A stretch of DNA of 50,246 nucleotides from Candidatus Parcubacteria bacterium (GCA_041169145.1 JBEEJO010000002.1:1-50246); one strand, 5' to 3'. Positions 8,245-16,993 are shown, counted from the first letter of the stretch. The notes: generated by a model from the letters alone, not told the origin. Program-made: numbers and translations.

Positions 8245-9351
8245 ATGGCCATAATCATCTCCAAGAACGGCAAGAATGCGAAGCGCGTGGACGAATCGAA
8301 GTTCGAATACGAAGATCACCTTCAGCAATACATCTACGACAACCCCGACAGCATTCCTCTCTATGACATCAAGGAGGATATCCGCCTCCTTATCCTCTCT
8401 CGCGAGTTCCAAACGGAGAGCGGTCCTATCGACGCGCTCGGTATAGATAAGGACGGTGAGATCTATCTCATCGAGACGAAACTGTATAAAAATCCAGACA
8501 AGCGACTCGTCGTCGCCCAGGTTTTGGATTACGGCGCGGCTATCTGGCTGAGCAAGCGTGGCTACGAAGAAATCGTCGCCTCTCTCGAAGAAGCGGTACG
8601 CAGAAATTTCAAAAAGGGCTTGCGCGAGAAAATATCCGAATTTTATGGAATCGGCGAAGTGGAGACCGATACGCTTTTGGAAAACTTCAAAAACAATCTG
8701 AATAAGGGGGTCTACAAATTCGTGGTCCTGATGGATAAGCTCCACGACCGGCTGAAAGACCTCATCCTTTTCATAAACGAAAACAGCAAGTTCGATATCT
8801 ACGCGGTGGAGCTCGAATTCTACAAGCACGAGGATTATGAGATAGTGATTCCCAAGATATTTGGAGCTGAAGTCAAAAAAGATCTGGGAGTGACAAAAAG
8901 CGCTGGGAAACGGTGGGATTGGGATTTGTTCAAACATCGCTTGCAGGAGTTCGGTGAAGAAGAGGTGCGAACGGCAGAGCAAATCATCGAATGGGCCGGA
9001 AAAAATGGCATTGAAATAGAATGGAGCAACAGCCAACGTGGCGGCTTCTTCCTGTGCTACTATCCCGAAGGCAAAAAGGGATTCTATCCCTTCGGCGTGA
9101 CGGGTGACGCCAGGGTCTCGTGGAACGTCCCTCATGCAGGGGGCAAAAGTCCCGCACCGTTCGACAAGCTTGAAAAACGAGCGGAGATATTGAAGCGCCT
9201 TCAATCGGTTAAGGGTGCAGCGATTGATTTAGGCAACGTAGACGGGTTCAACGGAATGAAGTTGCCCTTGCGTGAGCTTGCGGACGAAGGTGCCCGCCGC
9301 GAATTCTTCGCGGTCTGTCTGTGGATCAAAAAAGTGTTGGAGACCGAATAA
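8245..9351 (+). CDS. PD-(D/E)xK (NucS/RecB-like) nuclease-fold protein with a C-terminal domain of unknown function
   Basis: 368-aa ORF. The core GPIDALGIDKDGEIYLIETKLYKNPDKRLVVAQVLDYGAAIW shows the D...ExK...QxxxY arrangement typical of NucS/Cas4/RecB-type nucleases. The roughly 323-aa antisense ORF (8233-9204) is low-complexity and was rejected. Confidence 0.7.
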   Translation: MAIIISKNGKNAKRVDESKFEYEDHLQQYIYDNPDSIPLYDIKEDIRLLILSREFQTESGPIDALGIDKDGEIYLIETKLYKNPDKRLVVAQVLDYGAAIWLSKRGYEEIVASLEEAVRRNFKKGLREKISEFYGIGEVETDTLLENFKNNLNKGVYKFVVLMDKLHDRLKDLILFINENSKFDIYAVELEFYKHEDYEIVIPKIFGAEVKKDLGVTKSAGKRWDWDLFKHRLQEFGEEEVRTAEQIIEWAGKNGIEIEWSNSQRGGFFLCYYPEGKKGFYPFGVTGDARVSWNVPHAGGKSPAPFDKLEKRAEILKRLQSVKGAAIDLGNVDGFNGMKLPLRELADEGARREFFAVCLWIKKVLETE

Positions 9352-9355
9352 ATCA

Positions 9356-9655
9356 ATGACCGAAGACGAAACCAGGCTGAAGGAATTTATAGACGGCAAC
9401 ACCTGGATTTTTGCCAAGACATATGCGAAAACTGCCCCGCACGAGTACGTGGTGTACGATCGTCTAGATACGGAGGGTCGCAAGGAGTACGACTGGTTCA
9501 TGGGACAAATCGAGGAAAATGGAGTTGATGAGAAGTTCTACAACACAACGTTCAGGTACCTCTATTTCGGCGGCATGAAATATTGGGTTCACGACACGAA
9601 GGAAAGAGAAGGAGGCGTATTGAACAGGGATCTGGCGACGAGCAAATACGGATAG
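9356..9655 (+). CDS. Small conserved hypothetical protein (99 aa)
   Basis: The ATG at 9356 lies 4 nt after the nuclease stop. The sequence reads MTEDETRLKEFIDGNTWIFAKTYAKTAPHEYVVYDRLD...KYWVHD. From memory, the WIFAKT..PHEY motif recurs in small proteins of mobile elements, but I cannot name a family. The track start at 9272 would overlap the nuclease by 80 nt and is less likely. Confidence 0.5.
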   Translation: MTEDETRLKEFIDGNTWIFAKTYAKTAPHEYVVYDRLDTEGRKEYDWFMGQIEENGVDEKFYNTTFRYLYFGGMKYWVHDTKEREGGVLNRDLATSKYG

Positions 9656-9744
9656 CGCCCCTCTGCTTCTCGCGGCTACCAAGGCTTTTGGGAGCATTTA
9701 GGGCACTCTGGACGCCCCTCGGGGTTCGCGTCATCCATTGGGGT

Positions 9745-11079
9745 ATGACCAACCAAACTATGGGGTCCAATGGGGCTGGGACCCAACAAGCAAGCCAGCT
9801 CCCACCAAAGGTCAGATACCTTTTATACGCCCGGAAGAGCAGCGAGTCGGAGGAACGCCAAGTCCTTTCCATCGATTCGCAGGTGAAAGAGATGATGCAA
9901 CTCGCCGAGCGCGAGGGGCTTGAGATCGCGGAGGTCCGGAGGGAAAGCCACTCGGCCAAAGCCACCGGTCAGCGCCCCGTGTTCAATGAGATTCTGAACG
10001 ATGTCAGGTCGGGCAAGTTCAACGGTATTCTCACCTGGGCACCGGACCGCATCGCGAGGAACGCCGGGGACCTGGGAGCGGTGGTGGACTTGATGGACCA
10101 GAAACTGCTTCTGGAGATACGGACGTTCGGCCAACGCTTCACCGATTCGCCGAACGAGAAATTTCTCCTCATGATCTTGGGGTCGCAGGCGAAACTGGAG
10201 AACGACGCGAGGGGCGTGAATGTGAAACGCGGTCTGCGGACAAGGGTCGAGATGGGACTCTGGCCGGGCATGGCCCCGCTCGGCTACCTCAACCAAAAGA
10301 TGATGGACAAGAAGTGCCAGATCGCCGTGGATCCGGCGCGCGCGCCAATCGTGAAACAGATGTTCGAGAAAGTGGCGCATGAAAAATGGTCGGGTCGGAG
10401 GGTATACAACTGGCTGAGGTTCGAGCTGAACTTCCACACGCGAGGCAACAAGCCCCTCACGCTCTCGGGTATCTACCGAATGCTCACGATGCCGATTTAC
10501 TACGGGATGTTCGAGTTTCCGCGAAAGAGCGGCAACTGGTACCAAGGCAAACATAAGCCGCTCATCACCGAAGAACTTTTCCAGCAGGTGCAAGCACAGC
10601 TCAAACGGGATCAGATTGTGCGCGAGAGCAAGGAGTTTGCCTTCACAAAATTATTCACCTGCGGACTTTGCGGATCGGGCATATCAGCCGAGGAAAAATT
10701 CAAGGACCTCAAGGGCGGCGGCGTGAACCGCTATGTCTACTATGGATGTTCGAGGGCGAGAGACCGTAACTGCAAGAACAAATACATCCGCGAAGAAGAG
10801 CTGATCGATGAGTTGATCAAGATTCTCGACAAGGTGAACATCAACGAACTCGGCATGAAGATGAAGCTCGAAGACGAGATTCGACGATTCAACAAATTAC
10901 AGAAACTCATGAACCGGAATAACGGAAAGCAGGCGATCGAGGAAACCGATGTGAATATCAGGGAATACGCTAAATATCTCTTGCGGGAAGGGAGCGCCTC
11001 GGAAAAGCGCGAGTTGTTGGCGAATCTGCGAAGCAGGCTGATCTACCAGAACAAAACACTGCGCCTGGTCGAGGAGTAG
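9745..11079 (+). CDS. Large serine recombinase (resolvase/invertase catalytic domain, recombinase domain and zinc ribbon)
   Basis: The N-terminal catalytic region is VRYLLYARKSSESEERQVLSIDSQ...WAPDRIARN. A recombinase domain follows, then a Cys cluster (CGLCGSG...YYGCS...NC) and a coiled-coil tail. I prefer the start at ATG 9745 (MTNQTMGS) over the track start at 9583, whose first 54 residues are Arg-rich and look noncoding. Confidence 0.9.
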   Translation: MTNQTMGSNGAGTQQASQLPPKVRYLLYARKSSESEERQVLSIDSQVKEMMQLAEREGLEIAEVRRESHSAKATGQRPVFNEILNDVRSGKFNGILTWAPDRIARNAGDLGAVVDLMDQKLLLEIRTFGQRFTDSPNEKFLLMILGSQAKLENDARGVNVKRGLRTRVEMGLWPGMAPLGYLNQKMMDKKCQIAVDPARAPIVKQMFEKVAHEKWSGRRVYNWLRFELNFHTRGNKPLTLSGIYRMLTMPIYYGMFEFPRKSGNWYQGKHKPLITEELFQQVQAQLKRDQIVRESKEFAFTKLFTCGLCGSGISAEEKFKDLKGGGVNRYVYYGCSRARDRNCKNKYIREEELIDELIKILDKVNINELGMKMKLEDEIRRFNKLQKLMNRNNGKQAIEETDVNIREYAKYLLREGSASEKRELLANLRSRLIYQNKTLRLVEE

Positions 11080-11088
11080 ATAAAAAAT

Positions 11089-11119
11089 AAACAGAGCGAG
11101 AATCGCTCTGTTTATTTTT
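11089..11119 (+). terminator. Rho-independent terminator after the recombinase gene
   Basis: An 11-bp perfect stem, AAACAGAGCGA (11089-11099) paired with TCGCTCTGTTT (11103-11113), has a GAA loop and is followed by ATTTTT. An A-run upstream could make it bidirectional. Confidence 0.75.
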
Positions 11120-11194
11120 CACTTCTCTACCGAAGCACTCGGGTCACAGCTTGACCTCAATTACTCGGGTTTATCCGATAGAAAAATGTCACTG

Positions 11195-11281
11195 CGGAGA
11201 GGGAGGGATTCGAACCCTCGATACCATTTCTGGTATACAGTCTTTCCAGGACTGCCAATTCAACCACTCTTGCACCTCTCC
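11195..11281 (-). tRNA. tRNA-Ser, anticodon GGA
   Basis: Hand-folded cloverleaf. The acceptor stem is GGAGAGG/CCTCTCC with discriminator G. The D stem is 3 bp with a GG-containing loop. The anticodon stem is CAGTC/GACTG with loop CTGGAAA. The long variable arm is ATACC-AGAAA-GGTAT. The T arm is GAGGG-TTCGAAT-CCCTC. It is 87 nt long and CCA is not encoded. Confidence 0.9.
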
Positions 11282-11286
11282 CCTTG

Positions 11287-12024
11287 TTACCGCACTATCG
11301 TACCCTTGAACTCCTTGCCGTTCAAGAGCGCGTCCAGATTCTTCAGCTCGCGGCCGTCCACTACAATTGCGGCGAGCCCCTTCTCTTCGGCGAATTTCGC
11401 CGCGATGGGATCCATTGGCGCGTGGAGACCCGGGCTCCATTTCTTCGGGATCAGGTTGCGATACGCCTTCCACGAAAGTTCACGGAGGGGTTTTGCGTTC
11501 GTGTGCGTTGCGTGATCCTTATCGTACACATACGCGGGCTTCCCCGCCACGATGACCTCCTGCGCGCCGAAATCGTACGCCAGGACCGCCGCGATGTAGT
11601 CCGTTGACCAGCCCGGCCGCCAGCCCGCCGCGACCGTTACGGAGCGGCGCAGACGCTTCACTCTCCCGCGCTCGTCAATCACCACCGGATCGGCGATGTC
11701 CCGGAACATGGTACGCACAAGGTGCGCATTGAGACGCGTTGCGTGAATGCCGAGCCAGTCTTTGTCGTCGTTTGTGATGCCACGAATGCGCGCCGCGGCT
11801 TCCTGAAACCGCCGGGCGAGCTGTCCGCCGCCGACCACGAGCACAAATCGTTTCCCCTCGCGCACATGCCGGCGCAGGAACCGGTCAAACCGGCGAAGGA
11901 ACGCCGTGTCGATCTCTCCGGGACGTACGTGTTCATCTTTCCCGCGGATGAATGCCGGGTACACGATAGAACCGCCGAGCGTCACGATGATGGTTCGGTT
12001 GAAGCGATACCTCATATGATTCAT
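11287..12024 (-). CDS. pyrH: UMP kinase-like amino-acid-kinase family protein (archaeal-type PyrH)
   Basis: 245 aa. Diagnostic segments are IIVTLGGSIV, VLVVGGGQLARRF and TVAAGWRPGWSTDYIAAVLA, with a length typical of short UMP kinases. It overlaps the upstream gene by 4 nt (ATGA). Confidence 0.7.
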   Translation of the reverse strand: MNHMRYRFNRTIIVTLGGSIVYPAFIRGKDEHVRPGEIDTAFLRRFDRFLRRHVREGKRFVLVVGGGQLARRFQEAAARIRGITNDDKDWLGIHATRLNAHLVRTMFRDIADPVVIDERGRVKRLRRSVTVAAGWRPGWSTDYIAAVLAYDFGAQEVIVAGKPAYVYDKDHATHTNAKPLRELSWKAYRNLIPKKWSPGLHAPMDPIAAKFAEEKGLAAIVVDGRELKNLDALLNGKEFKGTIVR

Positions 12025-12896
12025 GCCGTGGAGGCGGGGTTGCCAATTGCCGGAGACGATTCATCCGGCGCCGGACGAATGTTCGCGATGAGCACCACGA
12101 TAAGGAGCAGGGTGGGGATGAATGGAGCATCCGATCCCGGAAGCCCCCCGGATATGACAAGGAGCAGGAGCGCTACCGGCGTCCACGCATGAAGCGCCAT
12201 CTGGTAGGCGGTCCGATACGACACCGGCATGCGCCGCATGCGGGCGATAAGCCACGCGAGCAGTCCTCCGAAGAGCAAGTAGGCGAGCGTGAACGTCCAC
12301 AACACAAGAAAGACGAACCATGTGCCGAAAACAACGAGCGGAGCGATCCACCGGCCGACGGCCTGCAGATCTTCGTTCAAGCCCCTCACGAACGATCGGT
12401 CTATCGTTACGTTCGGAAAATCGGAAAGCCATTCTATCTGTATACGGCCGCCCGGTTCTTTTCCGGTGATGATATTCTGTTTCGTAACAAGGATATACGT
12501 GTCATGCGCAGACCACGCTTCCACGGACGCCTGTGCCGCCGTATCAATGACGAGCAGATTTGCGAGCGCATGTCCGCCGTTCTTTTCCGTCTCCGTTTTG
12601 AGCTCATCCGGCAGAGGGAGAACATACGGCTCCGTGACGTTCGTGCTCGCCTCGCCGTTCTGTATCTTTATCGCAAGCTCTTCGGGAAAATGGGACACGA
12701 ACGCCTGCCCTGCCCGATCAATGAACTGCGTGATAAGCGGCAGCGCGCGAAACGAGGCGGTCGCGGAAAACACGATGGCAAGCGCCACGCCGAGCGAGTA
12801 AAAATACTTGAGCGAGAACGAGAACCGCTGCGTGGCGAGCGAGCGATAGAACGCCGGCGAGTAGATGCTTGCGCGAATGGTGTGCCAAAGGTTCAT
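12021..12896 (-). CDS. Integral membrane protein, DUF1189-like
   Basis: 291 aa. The N-terminus reads IYSPAFYRSL...FSLKYFYSLGVALAIVF. A soluble middle section is followed by several C-terminal transmembrane helices. The family assignment is from memory. Confidence 0.55.
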   Translation of the reverse strand: MNLWHTIRASIYSPAFYRSLATQRFSFSLKYFYSLGVALAIVFSATASFRALPLITQFIDRAGQAFVSHFPEELAIKIQNGEASTNVTEPYVLPLPDELKTETEKNGGHALANLLVIDTAAQASVEAWSAHDTYILVTKQNIITGKEPGGRIQIEWLSDFPNVTIDRSFVRGLNEDLQAVGRWIAPLVVFGTWFVFLVLWTFTLAYLLFGGLLAWLIARMRRMPVSYRTAYQMALHAWTPVALLLLVISGGLPGSDAPFIPTLLLIVVLIANIRPAPDESSPAIGNPASTA

Positions 12897-12928
12897 AGAC
12901 GTGACATTAGGATACCACGAAGCTCATT

Positions 12929-13840
12929 CTATGTTCTCATTCCCCGCAGCATGTTGATCCTATCTTCTATCGGCGGATGGGTCATGAATACCTTATGCCA
13001 CCAGGCCGTGCGCAGCTGGCCGGTAAACGGATCGTCTATCCAAAGATGCGCTGTGGTGTTCTTCGCGAACCGCATGGGGGTAATGTCCTTCGCGATCTTT
13101 TCGAGCGCGCTTGCGAGGCCTTCGGGGTAGCGCGTGATGAGCGCGCCAGACGTGTCCGCAAGATATTCGCGTTTCCGCGAAATGGCGAGTTGGAGAAGCG
13201 TCGCCGAAATGGGAGCGAGGATAGCAAGCGCGATGGCGATAAGCATAATGATGCCTCCGCCTCCCCGATCGTTGCGGCGGTTGCCGCCCCACCAGAGCGA
13301 ACGGAGGAACATGTCGGAAATGATGGAAATGAACCCGACGAGGATGACTGCGGCCGTTCCGATGAGCATGTCGCGGTTGCCGATGTGCGATATCTCGTGC
13401 GCCAGAACCCCCTCCAACTCGGGCTTCGTGAGATGCTGAAGCAACCCTTCCGTTACCGCTACCACGGCGTGTTTCGGGTCACGTCCCGTCGCAAAAGCAT
13501 TCATTTGCATTTCGGGGATGACATAGATCCTCGGCGTCGGAAGCCCAGCGGTAATGGCCAGATTTTCCACGATGCGGTAGAGCTCAGGGTTCGCCTGCAT
13601 ATCCACCGGACGCGCGTGCGCCATACTGAGCACGATCTTGTCCGAATACCAGTAGCCGGCGACATTCATCCCGATACTGAATAGCACGGCGAAATACAGG
13701 ATACCCGGATTGCCGTACGCCTGGCTGAATACCCACCCGACACCGATGACGAGTACCAAGAAACCCGTGAAGAGCGTCCACGTCTTCAGGATGTTCGATT
13801 CTTTATTCGCGTAGAGATTTGGAGCGGCACTCATTGACAC
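12929..13840 (-). CDS. htpX: Zinc metalloprotease HtpX (peptidase M48)
   Basis: 303 aa with the HEISHIGNRD (HExxH) motif, N-terminal and central transmembrane helices, and a typical HtpX C-terminus (THPPIEDRI). Confidence 0.9.
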   Translation of the reverse strand: MSMSAAPNLYANKESNILKTWTLFTGFLVLVIGVGWVFSQAYGNPGILYFAVLFSIGMNVAGYWYSDKIVLSMAHARPVDMQANPELYRIVENLAITAGLPTPRIYVIPEMQMNAFATGRDPKHAVVAVTEGLLQHLTKPELEGVLAHEISHIGNRDMLIGTAAVILVGFISIISDMFLRSLWWGGNRRNDRGGGGIIMLIAIALAILAPISATLLQLAISRKREYLADTSGALITRYPEGLASALEKIAKDITPMRFAKNTTAHLWIDDPFTGQLRTAWWHKVFMTHPPIEDRINMLRGMRT

Positions 13841-13890
13841 ATCATATTATTACTGATAAAACACTCCATAGCAAGGAGATACAATCGAAC

Positions 13891-14181
13891 ATGGAGAACA
13901 GAATATACGGTCCTCACGAGGGACCCGACCGGGACAATCCCGCGGCACCGGGAGCACCCGTAGCACTTGCGTTGTTCGCCATCGGAGGACTCATCGTCAC
14001 CGTCTGCTGGATCCTCTGGCGGCGCGAGATCCTCAACTGGCTTCCGAGCGGGGTACATGTGATCGCGTGGTGCCTTGGAGGCACCGCGGTGGTCATTCTC
14101 ATCGGTGGCGCCATCTACTTCTTCGTCAGCAAGCCGCTCGCCCGCGCCATCGGCCAGGACGAGGCGGAACAGAACCGATAA
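13891..14181 (+). CDS. Small membrane protein, hypothetical
   Basis: The ATG at 13891 is preceded by AAGGAG at 13873-13878. Two clear hydrophobic helices are present (VALALFAIGGLIVTVCWILW and VIAWCLGGTAVVILIGGAIYFF). Confidence 0.5.
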   Translation: MENRIYGPHEGPDRDNPAAPGAPVALALFAIGGLIVTVCWILWRREILNWLPSGVHVIAWCLGGTAVVILIGGAIYFFVSKPLARAIGQDEAEQNR

Positions 14182-14195
14182 CTCAGGGAGGTCAC

Positions 14196-14492
14196 ATGAC
14201 GAATGAACAGTGGGCATGGCTCGGGATTGTCCTTCTCGCTACCGATGTGACAGCGCTCTTCTGGAGCATTGTCGGGCTCCCCGGCAGGGCAATTGCCCTA
14301 TTCACGGCCGCCACGTTCGTCGGGGGCCTGGCGTGGTGTTTGTTTGTCGGCCTCTTGCCACCCGACGTCCTCTACATCGTCATCGTGCCCGTCAGCGCGG
14401 TTCTGCTGTACAAGATCGGCACGAGACTCGATTCGCTCTGGGAGGGCGCCCGGGCCTTCGTGGCCCGCATGACACATACCAGGAGAACGTGA
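14196..14492 (+). CDS. Small membrane protein, hypothetical
   Basis: The ATG at 14196 is preceded by GGGAGG at 14186-14191. Three predicted hydrophobic helices are present. Confidence 0.5.
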   Translation: MTNEQWAWLGIVLLATDVTALFWSIVGLPGRAIALFTAATFVGGLAWCLFVGLLPPDVLYIVIVPVSAVLLYKIGTRLDSLWEGARAFVARMTHTRRT

Positions 14493-14656
14493 TGGTCACC
14501 GAACACCGGGCGCTGTACTTCACTGCCGGAGCCGCGCTGCTCATCAGCATCGTCGCATTTCTCGGCATTTCTTTCTGGGTTGCGCATGCCGTGAATGTCG
14601 GCTTCACGACCCGCGTGACTCCGTCAGAAGCGCAGGATGGCCCGCCGCTCAAGTGA
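14492..14656 (+). CDS. Small membrane protein, hypothetical (54 aa)
   Basis: The ATG at 14492 overlaps the previous stop by 1 nt (TGATG). AGGAG lies at 14481-14485. One hydrophobic helix is present (ALYFTAGAALLISIVAFLGISFWVAHA). Confidence 0.4.
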   Translation: MVTEHRALYFTAGAALLISIVAFLGISFWVAHAVNVGFTTRVTPSEAQDGPPLK

Positions 14657-14694
14657 ACGCGTGGCCGGAATTCCAGAACTCCCCATTTCGCACA

Positions 14695-14727
14695 AGAGAC
14701 CCGTCGGGCACCGCCCGCGGGTCTCTC
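14695..14727. terminator. GC-rich hairpin between convergent genes; possible bidirectional terminator
   Basis: AGAGACCCG (14695-14703) pairs with CGGGTCTCT (14719-14727). An inner CGGGC/GCCCG helix is also present. There is no strong U-tail on either side. Confidence 0.35.
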
Positions 14728-14746
14728 GCACATTTATGAAACTCGT

Positions 14747-15289
14747 TTAGAACTTCACCGCGACCGGCTTCTCGGACTCCGGTTCGGCGTCAAAGAACTC
14801 GAACGCCTTGAACCCGAGCCAGTTCGCCACCATGTTCGCCGGGAAGTGTTCCAGTGACGTGTTGTAGTCGCGAACATTCGTATTGAAGAACCGGCGCGCT
14901 GCCTGGATCTTGTTCTCGGTATCCGTCAATTCCTGCTGGAGCGCGAGAAAATTCTGGTTCGCTTTGAGCTCCGGGTACGCCTCCGAAACCGCGAAGAGCG
15001 ACTTCAGCGTTCCCGAAAGCACGTTTTCTGCCGCAAGTTTCGCCCGCGGGTCCGTCGCGCCCATCGCCGCAGTGCGCGCTTCCGTCACCTGCGTAAAGAC
15101 CGCATCTTCATGTTTCGCATACCCCTTTACGGTTTCCACGATGTTCGGGATGAGGTCGTATCGGCGCTTTTGCTGGACCTCAATGTCCGACGACGCCTCT
15201 TTCACGCGATTCCGCCACGTGACAAGCCGGTTGTACGTGAGCATCAGCCACGCACCGGCGATGATTATGATGAGTAATATGATTTGCAT
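14747..15289 (-). CDS. lemA: LemA family protein
   Basis: 180 aa with an N-terminal transmembrane helix followed by the characteristic YNRLV...RRYDLIPN...YPELKAN...L...EN.I..AR..FN sequence. Confidence 0.9.
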   Translation of the reverse strand: MQIILLIIIIAGAWLMLTYNRLVTWRNRVKEASSDIEVQQKRRYDLIPNIVETVKGYAKHEDAVFTQVTEARTAAMGATDPRAKLAAENVLSGTLKSLFAVSEAYPELKANQNFLALQQELTDTENKIQAARRFFNTNVRDYNTSLEHFPANMVANWLGFKAFEFFDAEPESEKPVAVKF

Positions 15290-15310
15290 GGTGGCTTCAG
15301 TATACCGTTT

Positions 15311-16993
15311 CTAACTGCGTTTCTGCAACTTCTCCACGATCTCTTTTTCTTTCGCCGCTATCTTCTCCTCCGTCCCCCGCCGGGCGATGGCATAGTCGGC
15401 CATATCGACGAGCATAAAGCTCGCGATAAGCGGGAATTTCTCCTTCACGAGCCGATATTTCTCCTGCTCTATAGTGCGGTAATCGGGATGCCCTTGCGAG
15501 ATGGTGCGAAGCTCCGCTTCCCAGAACATCTGACGGAAGTTCTGCCATTCATAGAACCGAACGCGATACGCGAGCGGAACGGCGTACTGTGCAAGCTCAC
15601 GGTCGTGCTGTTCCAACTGCATGAACAATTTTTCGGCGCGATCCAGCGCGACGCGGTAGGCGCCGTCCAGCTTCGCTTCCTTGAGTTCCGCCGGCACGCC
15701 ATAGCCATGGTGGCATGAGAAAAGCTGGCGCTCCTGCGTCATCATCCGGTGGCGGTGCAGGTCGCGGTAAGCACCCAAGTCCATCGTTATCTCAAAACGC
15801 ATATACGAATTTTCGAACGCGCGGCCAACCTTGTGCCAACGCGCCGTGCGACCGGAGAGATACGCTCCGAAAAGCCCTTTCTTCTCGGCGAGCGTGAGCG
15901 ATTCTGCCAGGTCGTATGCCGTCTTCCAGTCCGCGTGCGTTTCCTTGAATATGATACCGGCAAGGATCTTCGTTTCCCCGTCGGGATCGTATTCGACCAG
16001 TTTCACTTCCGGTTTCGTTCCGCGGACGAGCAGTTTTTCCTTCCATTCCGGCTCCGTCTTCACGATAGCCGCCTGCGCCAAGCGATAGCGTTCGGAAAGA
16101 TAGCTCTGATATTTTTGCGCCGGCTCATCGTTCAGGCGCAGAAGGAGCGACGGGATCTCTTTGTCGAGTTCCTGTTTCAGCGCGCCGGAGAGCCATCGCA
16201 ATTCGCCGAGCGGATGTTTTGCCGTTCGGTTCATGAGATACTCGAACGCCTGGGCATTCCCGCGGAATGCCACTTGGCCCAATGTCGCCGCCGGCAGGAG
16301 ACCGCGAAGCGTATCAAAAGCTTTCTTTTCCAGAACGGACGGCTTATCGTCAAAATTCTTTCCGAGCCATTCTTTCAGCGGCTCAAGAAGCGACGTGTAC
16401 GTATCGAACAGATAATCCAGCGTGTCGCGATACTCTTTGAGCAGTCCCGCTTTCTCCAAGTCCGGTTTCGGAATGTAGTAGAGGTATCGGCCGCCTACCT
16501 TGTTCCCAAAATTCACGTAGCGCGTTGATTTCTCGATGGGCTCAAGACCGATGCGTTGGTCCTCGATGAATTTCATCGCGACCTGCGACACGCCCCACAG
16601 GAGAATGTGCGAACCCGTCATCTGCGCGATGGAATCGTCGCCGTATTGCGAGAGCCATTTTGCGTAGAACTGCTGTGCACGCTGGTTGTTCAAAATCTTC
16701 GCGAACCCATGCTCGCGGACGAGTTTTATGGCCTGTTCCAGCTCTCCGGCAAGCTCTTTGTCCTCGCCGTCCGCGATGGGATAGATATATTCCCTCAATA
16801 GAACTTCGGTGAGCGAACCGTTTGCGCGGCTTGCGCGCGAGCAAAGCGCGCCGGCGAGTTCCGGCGGCAAGTTCCGCAGCGCCGTCACGAGTCCATCGGG
16901 GTTCGTGACGAACGGTTCAAGGTAATATCGATCGCGTTCCGTCCACGCGTTCGGCGCGAAGTCGGGTTTGTAGGGATCCGTACTTTCAAGCAT
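15311..16993 (-). CDS. thyX: FAD-dependent thymidylate synthase ThyX, long (about 560 aa) form
   Basis: The ThyX signature region is YRDLHRHRMMTQERQ. The length and architecture resemble the long-form ThyX proteins (e.g. in Chlamydia), from memory. Confidence 0.8.
   Translation of the reverse strand: MLESTDPYKPDFAPNAWTERDRYYLEPFVTNPDGLVTALRNLPPELAGALCSRASRANGSLTEVLLREYIYPIADGEDKELAGELEQAIKLVREHGFAKILNNQRAQQFYAKWLSQYGDDSIAQMTGSHILLWGVSQVAMKFIEDQRIGLEPIEKSTRYVNFGNKVGGRYLYYIPKPDLEKAGLLKEYRDTLDYLFDTYTSLLEPLKEWLGKNFDDKPSVLEKKAFDTLRGLLPAATLGQVAFRGNAQAFEYLMNRTAKHPLGELRWLSGALKQELDKEIPSLLLRLNDEPAQKYQSYLSERYRLAQAAIVKTEPEWKEKLLVRGTKPEVKLVEYDPDGETKILAGIIFKETHADWKTAYDLAESLTLAEKKGLFGAYLSGRTARWHKVGRAFENSYMRFEITMDLGAYRDLHRHRMMTQERQLFSCHHGYGVPAELKEAKLDGAYRVALDRAEKLFMQLEQHDRELAQYAVPLAYRVRFYEWQNFRQMFWEAELRTISQGHPDYRTIEQEKYRLVKEKFPLIASFMLVDMADYAIARRGTEEKIAAKEKEIVEKLQKRS

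Larger units (their letters stand above)
1..11194. mobile_element. Putative integrated genomic (defence) island abutting the 3' end of tRNA-Ser; the left boundary lies outside the window
   Basis: A serine recombinase gene lies next to the tRNA 3' end. The cargo is R-M, CHAT and nuclease genes. Base composition drops: hand-counted 60-nt lines in 1-9.3 kb give about 32-47% GC, against about 58-65% in core lines such as 12061 and 36301. I found no att repeat inside the window. Confidence 0.45.

Noticed and set aside
8233-9204. A 323-aa minus-strand ORF antisense to the PD-(D/E)xK nuclease gene
   Set aside because: Its composition is biased and low in complexity (runs of F, L, E, V, D). It has no motifs. 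The plus-strand frame carries a clear nuclease motif and compact gene spacing.
9583-9744. An N-terminal extension of 54 aa on the serine recombinase, from the track start at 9583
   Set aside because: The extension is Arg/Gly-rich and overlaps the end of the preceding small gene. The conserved resolvase domain begins shortly after the ATG at 9745.
9823-10593. A 256-aa ORF antisense to the recombinase gene
   Set aside because: This is a typical long antisense ORF in GC-rich coding DNA. It has no motifs, and the sense frame is an unambiguous serine recombinase.
11120-11194. The short direct repeat ACTCGGGT (11137-11144 and 11163-11170) as a possible att core
   Set aside because: An 8-nt repeat within 35 nt is easily a chance event. 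No matching copy was seen elsewhere in the window, and the other island end lies outside the window.
12189-13130. A 313-aa plus-strand ORF across the DUF1189-like and htpX genes
   Set aside because: It is antisense to two well-supported genes and its composition is Arg-rich.
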